From a virus (Duplodnaviria; Caudoviricetes): a stretch of 48,342 nt of DNA. Position 1 is the stretch's first letter; the number at the start of each line of letters is the position of its first letter. Below the pieces are notes generated by a model. It was given only the letters and a program-made list of their open reading frames with translations. It was not told the origin of the DNA and made no database searches. Positions 26,819-37,228 of this stretch are shown here, piece by piece. The translations under genes were made by a program, and so were the position numbers. The stretch is from IMG/VR virus record IMGVR_UViG_3300037784_000042, positions 1 to 48,342 of that record, one strand, 5' to 3'.

Positions 26819-26848
26819 CCCGTCATGCTTAGGTGTGACGGGTTTTTT
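26819..26848 (+). terminator. Intrinsic terminator after the tRNA array
   Basis: CCCGTCATGC-TTAG-GTGTGACGGG followed by T6. Confidence 0.75.
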
Positions 26849-26853
26849 GTTGG

Positions 26854-26884
26854 AAAAAAAATCCCCGCCAATGATGACGGGGAA
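26854..26884 (-). terminator. Intrinsic terminator for the convergent minus-strand block
   Basis: A-tract then TCCCCG...CGGGGA hairpin. Confidence 0.6.
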
Positions 26885-27116
26885 AACTAAAATAACTAAC
26901 CAATTCAAATAAATGAACGTCATAAAGTTAGTCAATTACTTTAAAATTATCCGATATAAAATGTGAATCGTTTTCGTATATCCTGCAAAATAGTACACCG
27001 TAGTCGTGTATTGCTTCTCCAACAACCTTTCCATTGGCCAAGAGATTAAAAGTCGATTTACTGTATTCTAGCATTATTTTATGGTTAGTTCTTGTCCTGT
27101 CAATGAAAAACAGAGG

Positions 27117-27590
27117 TTAAGCATATAAATATCTTTTACCATTTAAAATATCGCTTATTGTAGATTTTGAACATCCCATTTTTTTAGCGATTAAATACCT
27201 CTTCATTCCTTCTTTATCAAGTTTAAAAATCTCGTTTATTTGTGACTTGTTAAATTTTGAATTCCAAAGCAATTCTCCATTTGGTTTTAATCCGTTTTTA
27301 TGTGCATGAATTTGATTCTGTGAATTAGTTACCCATTCTAAATTTTCAACCCTATTATCACCTTTAATTCCGTTTTTATGATTTACTTGATTTTTTCCTT
27401 TTTGTCTTTCAATATAATATTCAGCAACCAATCTATGGATGTATTTTTGTACCTGAACACCTTTAATCGTAAGAGTTACTTTTAAGTAACCGTTTCCATT
27501 ATTTTGAGGCTTTAATTTTCGTTTAGTTTTTTCATTTACAATATCTCCATTTGGATATATTAAATACTTCGTACTTGCGTATCTTTTCAT
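27117..27590 (-). CDS. HNH endonuclease (HNH_3-like) with C-terminal HTH
   Basis: YIHRLVA..QVNHKNGIKGDNRVENLEWVT..NQIH. Confidence 0.85.
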   Translation of the reverse strand: MKRYASTKYLIYPNGDIVNEKTKRKLKPQNNGNGYLKVTLTIKGVQVQKYIHRLVAEYYIERQKGKNQVNHKNGIKGDNRVENLEWVTNSQNQIHAHKNGLKPNGELLWNSKFNKSQINEIFKLDKEGMKRYLIAKKMGCSKSTISDILNGKRYLYA

Positions 27591-27991
27591 TCAATCAATT
27601 CTTTTTGTTCTATGCAAAAATACGTATTTTGAAGTGTATGAACAAAAGGTATTTTGATTTTTTTACCGTTTACTAATTCAATCCGAAAAGATAGTGTAGG
27701 GGTTTTACTGACCTTAACTAATATTCCATCTTTTACATATCCCCAAGCAAATAATTCAAACCCAAAATCCAAAAGCCATTGTTCGGTTAGGGGTATGGGT
27801 TCAATTTGGTCTAAATCATATCTATATCCATCATCAACTCCTATGTAATGACCTAATTCTATAAAATCATCATCAAGATAAATATCGACCACCTTTGTAT
27901 TACTATCTGTTTCAGAGCAATAAACATAATTCCCAATCCTTAATTCTTCTGCTTTAATCATACCAATGTAAATTTGAATAAATAGTATCAA
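27587..27991 (-). CDS. Conserved Bacteroidota-phage hypothetical protein (start probably MIKAEEL)
   Basis: ELRIGNYV..EPIPLTEQWLLDFGF..VHTLQN. Confidence 0.7.
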   Translation of the reverse strand: MILFIQIYIGMIKAEELRIGNYVYCSETDSNTKVVDIYLDDDFIELGHYIGVDDGYRYDLDQIEPIPLTEQWLLDFGFELFAWGYVKDGILVKVSKTPTLSFRIELVNGKKIKIPFVHTLQNTYFCIEQKELIE

Positions 27992-28538
27992 TCTGTCTTT
28001 CGTTGAAATTATCGGGAATGTCGTATTGGGTTGACCTATATCCCAACTTCATAATGTTTCCTTTTTCTTGTACGTGCCTCAACCCCATTATATGGCCTAT
28101 TTCATGTGCCAATGTTCCATTGGTCTGGAAGTTTTCCCCTAACACTATTTTACCATAAGACCCATATCCAAAAACCCGTGTAACCGCATATCCAGCAACA
28201 CCGTCTTTGTACATATGTTCCATTGGAACAACGTAAAGCATAATATCGCCTTCTTCCCCGTTCGGCAATCCATCGGAATAATCCAAATCCCTATCTTGAA
28301 GTATAAGGTTTATGCCAATGCCATAGCGGTTGAAATAATCGGCATTGACCTCTAGGTTCATATCATCGAACAAAAGTTCAACATCGCCTACTGGTACAAC
28401 TTTTACGTCAAGGACAACATCTTGAAAAGGTTCAAATGGATATACTGTTTTTGTATCTGCCGAAAACTCATGGTTCGTGCATGACGTGAACACCATCCAG
28501 CAGATGATTGCAAGTGCTATGTATTTAAGTTGTTTCAT
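27954..28538 (-). CDS. Lipoprotein zinc metalloprotease (metzincin, M10-like)
   Basis: Lipobox VFTS-C; HEIGHIMGLRH (HEXXHXXGXXH) followed by the Met-turn NIM. Confidence 0.8.
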   Translation of the reverse strand: MKQLKYIALAIICWMVFTSCTNHEFSADTKTVYPFEPFQDVVLDVKVVPVGDVELLFDDMNLEVNADYFNRYGIGINLILQDRDLDYSDGLPNGEEGDIMLYVVPMEHMYKDGVAGYAVTRVFGYGSYGKIVLGENFQTNGTLAHEIGHIMGLRHVQEKGNIMKLGYRSTQYDIPDNFNERQIDTIYSNLHWYD

Positions 28539-28720
28539 TCCGTAATCTGCATTAAAAGATTATCAATTCGCATATCAATGTTTGAAATACTACTTTGATA
28601 ATTCATGGAGGCATTGCTCCAGCTCATATCATTAAATGGAATGTTCTTAAATTCATAGGTTAAATCATCCCTTTCCTTTGAAAGTTTTTGTATCAAATCT
28701 TTTAAAATCTCGTTTCTCAT
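28535..28720 (-). CDS. Hypothetical protein
   Basis: ATGA-coupled ORF. Confidence 0.55.
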   Translation of the reverse strand: MRNEILKDLIQKLSKERDDLTYEFKNIPFNDMSWSNASMNYQSSISNIDMRIDNLLMQITE

Positions 28721-28920
28721 ACCAAATACTCTTTTAAATCCTTGTTCAGTTCGTTAATCAATTTTATCAAGGTAGAGGAATAAATATCACCTCCCCTTTT
28801 CAATACTTGAAATATTGTCCTGCTCAATCCCAAATCCCTGCATACTTCTGTCTGTGTTTTTTCCAAGTAGTTGCAATGCTTCAATAAATCGTCGTGTAGT
28901 TTGTTGTGGTCTAGTTTCAT
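28717..28920 (-). CDS. XRE-like HTH protein
   Basis: TQTEVCRDLGLSRTIFQVLKRG..STLIKL. Confidence 0.7.
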   Translation of the reverse strand: MKLDHNKLHDDLLKHCNYLEKTQTEVCRDLGLSRTIFQVLKRGGDIYSSTLIKLINELNKDLKEYLV

Positions 28921-29252
28921 ATCAAATCAGGGGTTTCGTGTATGTTTCCGATTACTTCAACATCAGTCAAGTTAATTTGATAACCTCTGAACGCTCTGTT
29001 CGCGTTTTCTGAAGTTGAGTTTATTTTTATAAGTTGCTTTTTTTTATCCGTAAAATTTTGCGGAAAATAACCCTCTATTATATCCCCTTCATAGATTTCC
29101 TTTCCGTTCTTGTCCTTTAGGCCTGTGTATTGCATTATTGGAAATAAAGGAGCATTTCTATGGCATAGTTCACCGTTATAAAATGTCCAATCATCCAAAT
29201 GCAGTAAAATCATTTTCTCCCCGTCCCATGCCCTAAATTTTATTTCTCTCAT
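28917..29252 (-). CDS. YopX-family protein
   Basis: MREIKFRAWD..MQYTGLKDKNGKEIYEGDI..EVIGNIHE. Confidence 0.9.
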   Translation of the reverse strand: MREIKFRAWDGEKMILLHLDDWTFYNGELCHRNAPLFPIMQYTGLKDKNGKEIYEGDIIEGYFPQNFTDKKKQLIKINSTSENANRAFRGYQINLTDVEVIGNIHETPDLI

Positions 29253-29743
29253 TCTCTATAAGTTTTAGCAGTTTCTTGTCTATTTTTTTGATGATTCTTG
29301 GCAAGTGCCTTTCATGGGAGTGTCCAATTTCAGTGTTTGAAAGTGATTTGTTCAACACTTGCATCAAAACGACCAGATCGGTCTTTGTTAAATTTATCTG
29401 TGGCATAAATAATTGTTTTCAAGATTAAAAAAAGCAAGGGAAGGAAACCTCATAAACCGACCCCTGCCTAACCAAACCAAACTAACTCTCTTTGTTTAAA
29501 AAATCATTCAGTATGTACCTAATGAAACTGGATATTCCAGAGTGACCATATTTAGCCCTCTTTTCTTCCAATTTGTCCAATGTTTCTTGCTCGATAAAAA
29601 AGTTGAATCTTTTCATTGTATGTTTTGTATATGCCAAAATTATGTATTTAATCTGTATGCTGCAAATAAAACTTCAATAAATTATTATTTTCCTATCTTT
29701 GTACAAGTCCAACACCTCCAAGGACATTGTTTTCAAGATCATT

Positions 29744-29772
29744 AAAGCCATCACACAACGATGGCTTTTTTT
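29744..29772 (+). terminator. Terminator-like hairpin just upstream of terL
   Basis: AAAGCCATC-n7-GATGGCTTT followed by a T-run; -7 box TATCTTTG at 29694-29701. Confidence 0.6.
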
Positions 29773-29786
29773 GTAATTTAGCACGT

Positions 29787-31253
29787 ATGGACGGACAGAT
29801 AGAGGCAATGATTTCACAGTTGTCGCCAATTGATATTAGGGCGCAACTTTTCAAGAACAGGGATTTTGACTTCATAGTTAAGCAAGAGGCCAATGGCGAA
29901 GTCAAGGAACACAAAAAACAGAGGCAAGCACTTGAAATCCTTACTTCCAATAAATATTCAGAGTTTTTGTATGGTGGCGGGGCAGGTTCGGCAAAATCAT
30001 GGACAGGTTGTGTTTGGTTATTGTTCATGGGCATAAACTATCCAGGAACTAGGTATTTTGTTGCACGTAACGAGTTAAAGGCATTAGAAGAATCGGTACT
30101 TGTAACTTTTCACAAAGTATGCAAGGCTTACGGGTATTCAGACTATAAATACAACGCTGTAAAGCACTATATCACGTTGGGCAACGGCAGTGTTATCAAT
30201 TTTGTCGAGATTAAAAGGCAACCTTCCGACCCATTGTTTGAAACATTAGGTTCTACCGAATACACGGCAGGATGGATAGAGGAAGTTGGTGAGATTGATG
30301 AAACAGGGGCGCAAGTTCTTTCAAAAAGGGCAGGTCGCCACATGAACGACAAGTACGGAATAAACAAAATCATATTTTATACCTGTAACCCTAAAAAAAA
30401 CTGGGCAAAACGTGAGTTTTACGACAAATGGAAAAAAGGTGAACTAGAAGATTTCAAATGTTACCTTCCCGCCCTTGTGCTTGACAACCCTTTTATTGAA
30501 AAATCATACGCCAAAGACCTTGAATCCTATAAGACTACAAACAAAGTATTGTACGAACGTCTTTATAAAGGGAATTGGGACTATGAGGACAACCCTTATC
30601 AGCTTACGGACTATGAAATGATTGATGCTATGTTTACCAACAATCATGTCAACAAGGATATTAATGGAAATCAAATAAAAGCAAAAAGGTACATTACTGC
30701 CGATGTTGCAGGTATGGGTTCAGACAGCGCACGAATAGGATATTGGGAGGGTTGGGAATTAAAGGAGGTAATATCTTTTGATAAATCAACATCAACAGAT
30801 ATAGAAATGGCAATTAGGACATTGCAATTCAAATACAAAGTGGCTAAACCAAGATGTATCGCTGATTATGACGGTATGGGTTTCGGGGTTGTTCATGGAA
30901 CTGGAATAAAAGCGTTTAGAAACAATGCTAGACCAATACAAAAAGGACGTGAAGTTGCCAACTTCAAAAATTTACAAGTACAATGCTTGTATTATTTAGC
31001 TGAAAAAATCAACAATGCTGAAATAAACATATCTGCCGATTTGACCAGTACAGAAATAGAGCAGATAAAAGAAGAAATGACACAAATACAGTCAAAGGGC
31101 GACCATGATCCTGAAAGAAAACTTGACTGTAAATCAAAGGCGGATATTAAAGATTCCATTGGCCGAAGTCCAGACTGGCGAGATATGATGCTCATGCGTT
31201 CATACTTTGATTTAAAGAAAACAACGGCAGATTTGACAACAACTTGGAATTAA
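29787..31253 (+). CDS. terL: Terminase large subunit
   Basis: Walker A LYGGGAGSAKS, Walker B GWIEE, YTCNP, nuclease motifs TADVA and SPDWRD. Confidence 0.9.
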   Translation: MDGQIEAMISQLSPIDIRAQLFKNRDFDFIVKQEANGEVKEHKKQRQALEILTSNKYSEFLYGGGAGSAKSWTGCVWLLFMGINYPGTRYFVARNELKALEESVLVTFHKVCKAYGYSDYKYNAVKHYITLGNGSVINFVEIKRQPSDPLFETLGSTEYTAGWIEEVGEIDETGAQVLSKRAGRHMNDKYGINKIIFYTCNPKKNWAKREFYDKWKKGELEDFKCYLPALVLDNPFIEKSYAKDLESYKTTNKVLYERLYKGNWDYEDNPYQLTDYEMIDAMFTNNHVNKDINGNQIKAKRYITADVAGMGSDSARIGYWEGWELKEVISFDKSTSTDIEMAIRTLQFKYKVAKPRCIADYDGMGFGVVHGTGIKAFRNNARPIQKGREVANFKNLQVQCLYYLAEKINNAEINISADLTSTEIEQIKEEMTQIQSKGDHDPERKLDCKSKADIKDSIGRSPDWRDMMLMRSYFDLKKTTADLTTTWN

Positions 31254-31316
31254 TCAATAAAAATTTTTACCTTTGAACAAAATGGCATAAGAGAATATGT
31301 CCTCCATATTATTGAT

Positions 31317-33008
31317 ATGTCATTGGATTTCATTAAAAAAGGACACAACAAAAGTTCACTTGATGTTGCGGTAAGGCAGCAAAAACAGTTGCGTTATTTC
31401 CTTTGTTCCGAGATACAGGAAGATTTTAACGAAGATTATTTCAAAAACTTTATGGACAGGAAGCACTATACTTCCGACCAATTCCTAAATTGGGTAAAGA
31501 ATGTCCTAAAGCCAGATAACTTCAAGTCTTTCGCTAAATATCTTAGAAACCCCAATGCCTCTTCCAAACTTATTGATTCAAGGGTCAAAGAGCCACTTTC
31601 CAGAGTGTTCTTTTCAGAAGATTCCTATTTCAACTATATCATCAATGGCAAAAGCATTGACTTTCCAAGCACAATAGACGACAATTTTGATGAAAGGTTA
31701 TTCGATGCGGTGCTTTTTAGGCACAACGATATTCTGATACACGACATGAAGGATGTTAATGTGCCAAAAAGAATGTTTTTGGGTATTGACAAGGTGGTTT
31801 CGATAGACGTTGACGAAAACGAAATAGAGCGCATTGCATACACAGCAAAGAAAATCATAAATGGCGAAAAGGTCTATGGTTATGTTTACATGGACGACAT
31901 GGTATATCAATTCTATGAAAAAGATGGAGATACCCCGTTGGTCAATGAACCGCACGACCTTGGAAAATGCCCAGCCGTCTTTGTAAGTAAGGACTGTTTT
32001 GACAATGACCCCGTTGTCAGAAAATCAATCTTTTCTTATTTAAGGTCAGATTTTGAGGAATATGTGTTCTTAAAGACCGTTCAAAAAATGGTCGAGCCAA
32101 ACGGGGCAATCCCCATCACTGTAAAGATAAAGACAAATGAGGTAACAAGTGAAAGTGATGATATTGAAGGGGTGGCAGGTACACCAATGTCAGTTGAGGA
32201 ACTTGGATCACAACAACCTAGTGTAAGGTCTAAGACTTCCGTAAAGGCATCTTTGATGCAAGCGGGTACTGAAATAGGTGTGCCAGCAGTCGAAAAAACA
32301 GATGGTTCGATAGATACCGACTTGGCCAAGAACTTAATTACGTTCTACCGTATGCCAGTCGATTCCCTAAAATACCTCAACGATAGGATAAAGGAAATTG
32401 AGAAAGAAATTGTAACTTCTTCCATTGGAGATTATTCAGAAGGTGTAGAAGGGTCAATGAACGAAAAGCAGATACAAAAGACCTTTGTATCAAAAGAGGA
32501 CAAGTTAAGGTGGCTTTCAAATACAATGACTTGGGCAAGAAAACATTCAGATCAAATGATGCTTTCTTTGCAACATGGGCCGAACAATGTAGTTTCAGAC
32601 GTGTTCTATGGTTCTGATTTCTTTTGGGAAACACCTGAACAGTTGTTCAAGATGTTCTTAGAAGCACCCAACAGTATTGAAAGAAAAAATATTTTGATAA
32701 GGCTTACCAAGCGTAGAAACCTTTTCAATTTAGAGAAAAAACGTAAGGAAACCATACTTTATCAAATCATGCCATTTGCGAGCGATAAGGATTTTCAATT
32801 GGCAATAGACAATGGTAGGGTGGATGAAAATACCTTTGAACTTCAAAACAGATTTTACTATTACATCAACCTTTTTGAAGCCGAATACGGAAGTATAGTT
32901 GACTTTTGGAACGGAATACCATCGAATGATTCAGGAAAAATAGTATTTTTGAACAATTTACTAATTAAATTAATAGAAGATGGCAAAAAAAACATCAGTA
33001 CATCTTAG
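31317..33008 (+). CDS. Portal protein (putative)
   Basis: 563 aa directly after terL; PHDLGKCPAVF motif typical of portals. Confidence 0.7.
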   Translation: MSLDFIKKGHNKSSLDVAVRQQKQLRYFLCSEIQEDFNEDYFKNFMDRKHYTSDQFLNWVKNVLKPDNFKSFAKYLRNPNASSKLIDSRVKEPLSRVFFSEDSYFNYIINGKSIDFPSTIDDNFDERLFDAVLFRHNDILIHDMKDVNVPKRMFLGIDKVVSIDVDENEIERIAYTAKKIINGEKVYGYVYMDDMVYQFYEKDGDTPLVNEPHDLGKCPAVFVSKDCFDNDPVVRKSIFSYLRSDFEEYVFLKTVQKMVEPNGAIPITVKIKTNEVTSESDDIEGVAGTPMSVEELGSQQPSVRSKTSVKASLMQAGTEIGVPAVEKTDGSIDTDLAKNLITFYRMPVDSLKYLNDRIKEIEKEIVTSSIGDYSEGVEGSMNEKQIQKTFVSKEDKLRWLSNTMTWARKHSDQMMLSLQHGPNNVVSDVFYGSDFFWETPEQLFKMFLEAPNSIERKNILIRLTKRRNLFNLEKKRKETILYQIMPFASDKDFQLAIDNGRVDENTFELQNRFYYYINLFEAEYGSIVDFWNGIPSNDSGKIVFLNNLLIKLIEDGKKNISTS

Positions 33009-33543
33009 GGTGTACAAAGGTGCTGAAATCCTTAAAAGAGAGGATGGAAGCATCAAAAATGAGAACTGGTTGGTAAAAATCGACTACGGTTCGGCACAAT
33101 GGATGAACTTTTTGAAGAACATACCTAACAACGGGTATGGGAAGATTGAAGTTGAAAGAGTTATTGAGGTAGAAAATGTTCTTGAAGAAAACGGCACTTT
33201 TAGGGGTAAAGAAAAAGTGACGGAAGTAAAGGACATTGAAAAGTACAAAAAAGAAGTAAAGATTGCTTCAAAAGGTGCTGAAAAGCCTTTGACCAAAGAA
33301 CAACAAAGGATAAAAGAACTTGAAGAAAGGCTTGCTAAATTGGAAGGTGATTCTGATAAAAAAGAATCAAAGCCCAAAAGTGAAAAAAAGGATGATAATA
33401 CCAAAAGTGATGATTCGTCCGATGATATAAGTGCTTTAAGGGAAGAGTACAAAAAACTAAACCCAGAGGGCAAAGGTGCTTCTCCAAAATGGAAAGCAGA
33501 CGTTCTTAAACAAAAAATTGAAGAGTTTAAATCAAAATCATAA
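32980..33543 (+). CDS. Charged hypothetical head-module protein
   Basis: K/E-rich, with a small C-terminal helical (HeH-like) segment. Confidence 0.6.
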   Translation: MAKKTSVHLRVYKGAEILKREDGSIKNENWLVKIDYGSAQWMNFLKNIPNNGYGKIEVERVIEVENVLEENGTFRGKEKVTEVKDIEKYKKEVKIASKGAEKPLTKEQQRIKELEERLAKLEGDSDKKESKPKSEKKDDNTKSDDSSDDISALREEYKKLNPEGKGASPKWKADVLKQKIEEFKSKS

Positions 33544-33549
33544 GAGAAT

Positions 33550-34464
33550 ATGAGCGATGATAATTTTACGTTGAACGATGAGTTCGTTCAGCAACATGGG
33601 TTGAGTGAAGAGCAGATTTCTGCTATTTCAGAACACATAACCAAAGAGTTTGTTCCTACAATTAAAAAAAATTGGGCAGAGCAAACAAACGGAGGTTTGG
33701 AAGCAATGTTGGACGGTGTTTCAAAATATGCTATTGACAAAACTGGTGTTAAGATACAACGTGAACGTGGTGAAAAATGGGGAGATTTTTTAAATAGACT
33801 TTCAGATACCAAATTAGAATCTGACAAACTAGCCCTTGAAGAAGAAAGAAAGCAATTACAAGAAAAGTTGAAAAACTTTAAGGGTGATGATGAAGTAAAG
33901 GCACAATTGCAAGAATTTCAGTCCAAGAACAATGAACTTTTGAAGCAAGTTGCCGAACTTGAAAAACTGAAAGGCTACGATGAAAAGTATGAGCAGACCT
34001 ATTCAGAACTGACCAAGTTCAAAAAGGATTTTGCTTTCAATGGTGCAAAGCCAAATTTTCCTGAATCGGTGAACCAATTTGAAGCCGACCATTATTGGAA
34101 CGAGTTTAAGTCCAAGATTGAGGAAAAATACAATATCGAGGTAGTGGACAACAAGGCCATTGCCATTGACAAAGAGAACGAACATCGCAGAATTGACTTG
34201 AAGGAACTGGTCAATGCAGATGAAAGTTTAAAACGCCTTACAGAAGGCAGAAAACAAGGAGGAACAGGGGCCGACCCTGCAAATCCGATTGAAGTGGACG
34301 ATTTGCCATTCAGCTTGAACAAAGGAATGGACAGTACACAAGTATCAAAATTAGTGCAAGAACACTTGGTAAAGAAACTAGGTAGCACTACCCATGAGGA
34401 TTATACAAAAGAGTTTGCCACTCTTTATGCGAAAGCAAAAGAGGCATTGAAACAAGCTGCATAA
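33550..34464 (+). CDS. Scaffold protein (putative)
   Basis: Coiled-coil, acidic, directly before the capsid gene. Confidence 0.6.
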   Translation: MSDDNFTLNDEFVQQHGLSEEQISAISEHITKEFVPTIKKNWAEQTNGGLEAMLDGVSKYAIDKTGVKIQRERGEKWGDFLNRLSDTKLESDKLALEEERKQLQEKLKNFKGDDEVKAQLQEFQSKNNELLKQVAELEKLKGYDEKYEQTYSELTKFKKDFAFNGAKPNFPESVNQFEADHYWNEFKSKIEEKYNIEVVDNKAIAIDKENEHRRIDLKELVNADESLKRLTEGRKQGGTGADPANPIEVDDLPFSLNKGMDSTQVSKLVQEHLVKKLGSTTHEDYTKEFATLYAKAKEALKQAA

Positions 34465-34527
34465 TCCTAATATTTTTTTGCGAGAGAACGCATTTGTAAA
34501 ACAAAGTTTAACCCTTAATTATTCAAA

Positions 34528-35604
34528 ATGAGTTACTTAAATGCAACTTTATGGAATGACCTGCAACTCTCGCAAGCAACAAACGAAAAACGCTTCCCAG
34601 AGTTAGGCTTGGTCGATGCCGTAAAAGCAAGTACAGCGAGTGTTGATTACATTCCACCTTCTGCAAGACAGCAGATGCAGGAACTTTCTTCATTGAGAAA
34701 CATGGAGATTCCAGTAATCAAAGACCAGACCGTTACCGTTGTAACGACCCCTGGTTTTGCAAACATTCCTTCCAACTTGCCAGAAACGGACAAATACCAG
34801 TTCACAGCTTATGATGTGTTTTCTGGTTTTAGACACTATCCTTCTGCCCATGACAACAACATGGTGGATAGCGACTTCCAAAGAGAACAAGTGATGTTGA
34901 ACGTTGCCCATGCAATGGGAAATTCAATCGAAAGCATCCTTGCCACCCAAATGGAAGCAAGAAAGACCCAACAACTTGGTTACACCGTACCTGTATCACA
35001 AGGCGATGGAACATTCACTTTCAGCACCTCAACGGACACTTTGACCGTTAACAAGGCTGCCCAAAAAGAGACCATGTTCTACAACTTGTCACAGTTGATG
35101 GAGGCCAATGAGATTCCAGGGAATTATCGTATTGTAACAAGTAGGGCAGGTTTGGCAGTTCAAATGTCAGAAGCAGCCAAGTACGGTTCAAACAACGATA
35201 AGAACCTTCAAGCACTAGGATTCCTTCCTGCCGATAGGATTCACAAAACTGGAAACATTTCAAATGGTTCCGATGTGTTTAGTGGGTACTTCTTTAGGGA
35301 TGGAGCCATTGGCATGATCGAGAATTTCCCTTCTGACTTCCGTAAGCGTACCGTTATCGGTGAGCGTGAGTGGAGCGTTTCCGATATGGAGATTCCTTTT
35401 ACTCGAATGAGAGCCAATATCTATACCAATAGAGAGGCTACCGATGCAACCGCATTGATTACTTCTGGTACAGATTCCAACGTAATTATGTCTCACTTTG
35501 AAGAAATGGCCATTTGGATTCGTTTCTACGTTGTGTACAGATATAATTCTGACTTGGCCAATCGTGTGAACGACATCGTAAAAGTTGTTGGTGCTACATC
35601 TTAA
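34528..35604 (+). CDS. Major capsid protein (putative)
   Basis: 358 aa; called from position and composition. Confidence 0.7.
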   Translation: MSYLNATLWNDLQLSQATNEKRFPELGLVDAVKASTASVDYIPPSARQQMQELSSLRNMEIPVIKDQTVTVVTTPGFANIPSNLPETDKYQFTAYDVFSGFRHYPSAHDNNMVDSDFQREQVMLNVAHAMGNSIESILATQMEARKTQQLGYTVPVSQGDGTFTFSTSTDTLTVNKAAQKETMFYNLSQLMEANEIPGNYRIVTSRAGLAVQMSEAAKYGSNNDKNLQALGFLPADRIHKTGNISNGSDVFSGYFFRDGAIGMIENFPSDFRKRTVIGEREWSVSDMEIPFTRMRANIYTNREATDATALITSGTDSNVIMSHFEEMAIWIRFYVVYRYNSDLANRVNDIVKVVGATS

Positions 35605-35630
35605 TGTTTAATCTTTAAAAATACTTAGAA

Positions 35631-36050
35631 ATGAGTGGAGAATATAAAACAGACGTTAGTGGCAACAACGCTCCAATAGAAGAAAATCTTATTGAGGTAA
35701 TTACCGCCAGCAAGACACTTTCTTATGAGGACAGTGGCAAGACATTTTTGATTGCCACCGATGCTTTGGTTGTCACGCTTCCTGCAACAAAAGCAGGGGT
35801 TGAATTTACATTTGTCAATTCAGGGGCCGATGGAAACAATATCATTACCGTTTCACCAAATGCCGATGATGCTGTCTTTGGTTCAGTGGCCAATGCTGCT
35901 GCCGATAGCGTTTCTGGCGGTGTAGTGAATAAGGATATTATCAACACCAAGGCAACTGCTAATAAGGGAGATTACATCAAACTTAGAGGTGACGGTGCTG
36001 ACGGTTGGTATATTGTTGGCGGTGTCGGAATTTGGGCATCAGAGGCATAA
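35631..36050 (+). CDS. Head decoration/structural protein
   Basis: DSGKTF..VTLPA..GVEFTF..GD....DG..GWY beta-rich motif. Confidence 0.55.
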   Translation: MSGEYKTDVSGNNAPIEENLIEVITASKTLSYEDSGKTFLIATDALVVTLPATKAGVEFTFVNSGADGNNIITVSPNADDAVFGSVANAAADSVSGGVVNKDIINTKATANKGDYIKLRGDGADGWYIVGGVGIWASEA

Positions 36051-36079
36051 TCCAATAATAACTATTTAAAAAGGTAGGC

Positions 36080-37228
36080 ATGGTACTTGGTTTTTCAGAG
36101 GATTTTACAAGCGATATTGTACTTGATTCACAGTTAAGGGCATATCCTGATTCGGGTTTGTTCATAAATACTGGCGTTCATAACGCAGTGACCTTGCAAA
36201 ATCTTCTGGACTACCTACCAAAGACAGAATTTACTTTTTCCGCATATGACAATACCGCTTCATACGGTGTTTTCTTAACGTCTAGGGACAAATCCAACAT
36301 TGTGACAAAGAGTTCAAAGATATTTGAGTGTATCTTGGCCAATGATGGTGACGACCCACAAGACCCAGAAGAAGCAAATTCACTTTATTGGGTAGAGACC
36401 AACATAGAATCGCTTCGTTTGAAGCTGTTCTTTCAAAGTGTCCTTGATAGGGTTTATTCCGATCTTGGACTTACTAGAAGATTGGTCAACAACCAGTACA
36501 TCTATGACAGTGGTTCAGAATCCTTTACCAGAGCATTGCCCAATGATTATTCGGCAATAGTTTTGGAGCCTAAAGGTTCGGACTACGTTGATTTTAGGAT
36601 AAATGAAATGTGCCTTAGAAAGTCAGGCACAACGCCCGTAAATGTGTACGTGGTCAATGAAGGAAATTTATTGGACACCATCACACTTGCACCTGACAAT
36701 GGAAGAAACACTTTTAGGGCTACCAACATAGTTCTTTCTGGAAAAGGAAGGTTCTATTTGGTTATTGATAGTACGGAAGTAATATCTAGCAATGTAAGTG
36801 TTGATTCTTTCAAGTACAAGGGGTTTGTTGTGTACACTAGCAGCGGTATAGGGGATGCACCTGAAACTGCTGTTTATGACAGGGCAACCGTTTCCATTGG
36901 CCTAGGAATCAATGTTACAGCCTATCTGAACCCAACAAAGTTCATTGACAATACGATAGCGGAACTTGCACCTTTTATTAGGGCAACGTTCGAGTATATG
37001 GCATTCAATATGTTCTTGTCCAATCCTAACCATAAAAGCAACCGTTCGCAACGTGGTATTCCCGAAGAGGGAGTATTATTGGCTGAACTGAAAAGTTTTG
37101 ATGGTGACACTGTGGTAAGAAGGTATCACAACCATAAAAAACAAGCCATGAAACTTGTTGAAAGGGTATTTGATACCGAACTTTCCGAAAAAAAGGATGG
37201 TTTGAGCATTAAAGTAGGTTCGATATGA
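36080..37228 (+). CDS. Structural protein (head-tail adaptor candidate)
   Basis: Position in the morphogenesis operon. Confidence 0.5.
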   Translation: MVLGFSEDFTSDIVLDSQLRAYPDSGLFINTGVHNAVTLQNLLDYLPKTEFTFSAYDNTASYGVFLTSRDKSNIVTKSSKIFECILANDGDDPQDPEEANSLYWVETNIESLRLKLFFQSVLDRVYSDLGLTRRLVNNQYIYDSGSESFTRALPNDYSAIVLEPKGSDYVDFRINEMCLRKSGTTPVNVYVVNEGNLLDTITLAPDNGRNTFRATNIVLSGKGRFYLVIDSTEVISSNVSVDSFKYKGFVVYTSSGIGDAPETAVYDRATVSIGLGINVTAYLNPTKFIDNTIAELAPFIRATFEYMAFNMFLSNPNHKSNRSQRGIPEEGVLLAELKSFDGDTVVRRYHNHKKQAMKLVERVFDTELSEKKDGLSIKVGSI

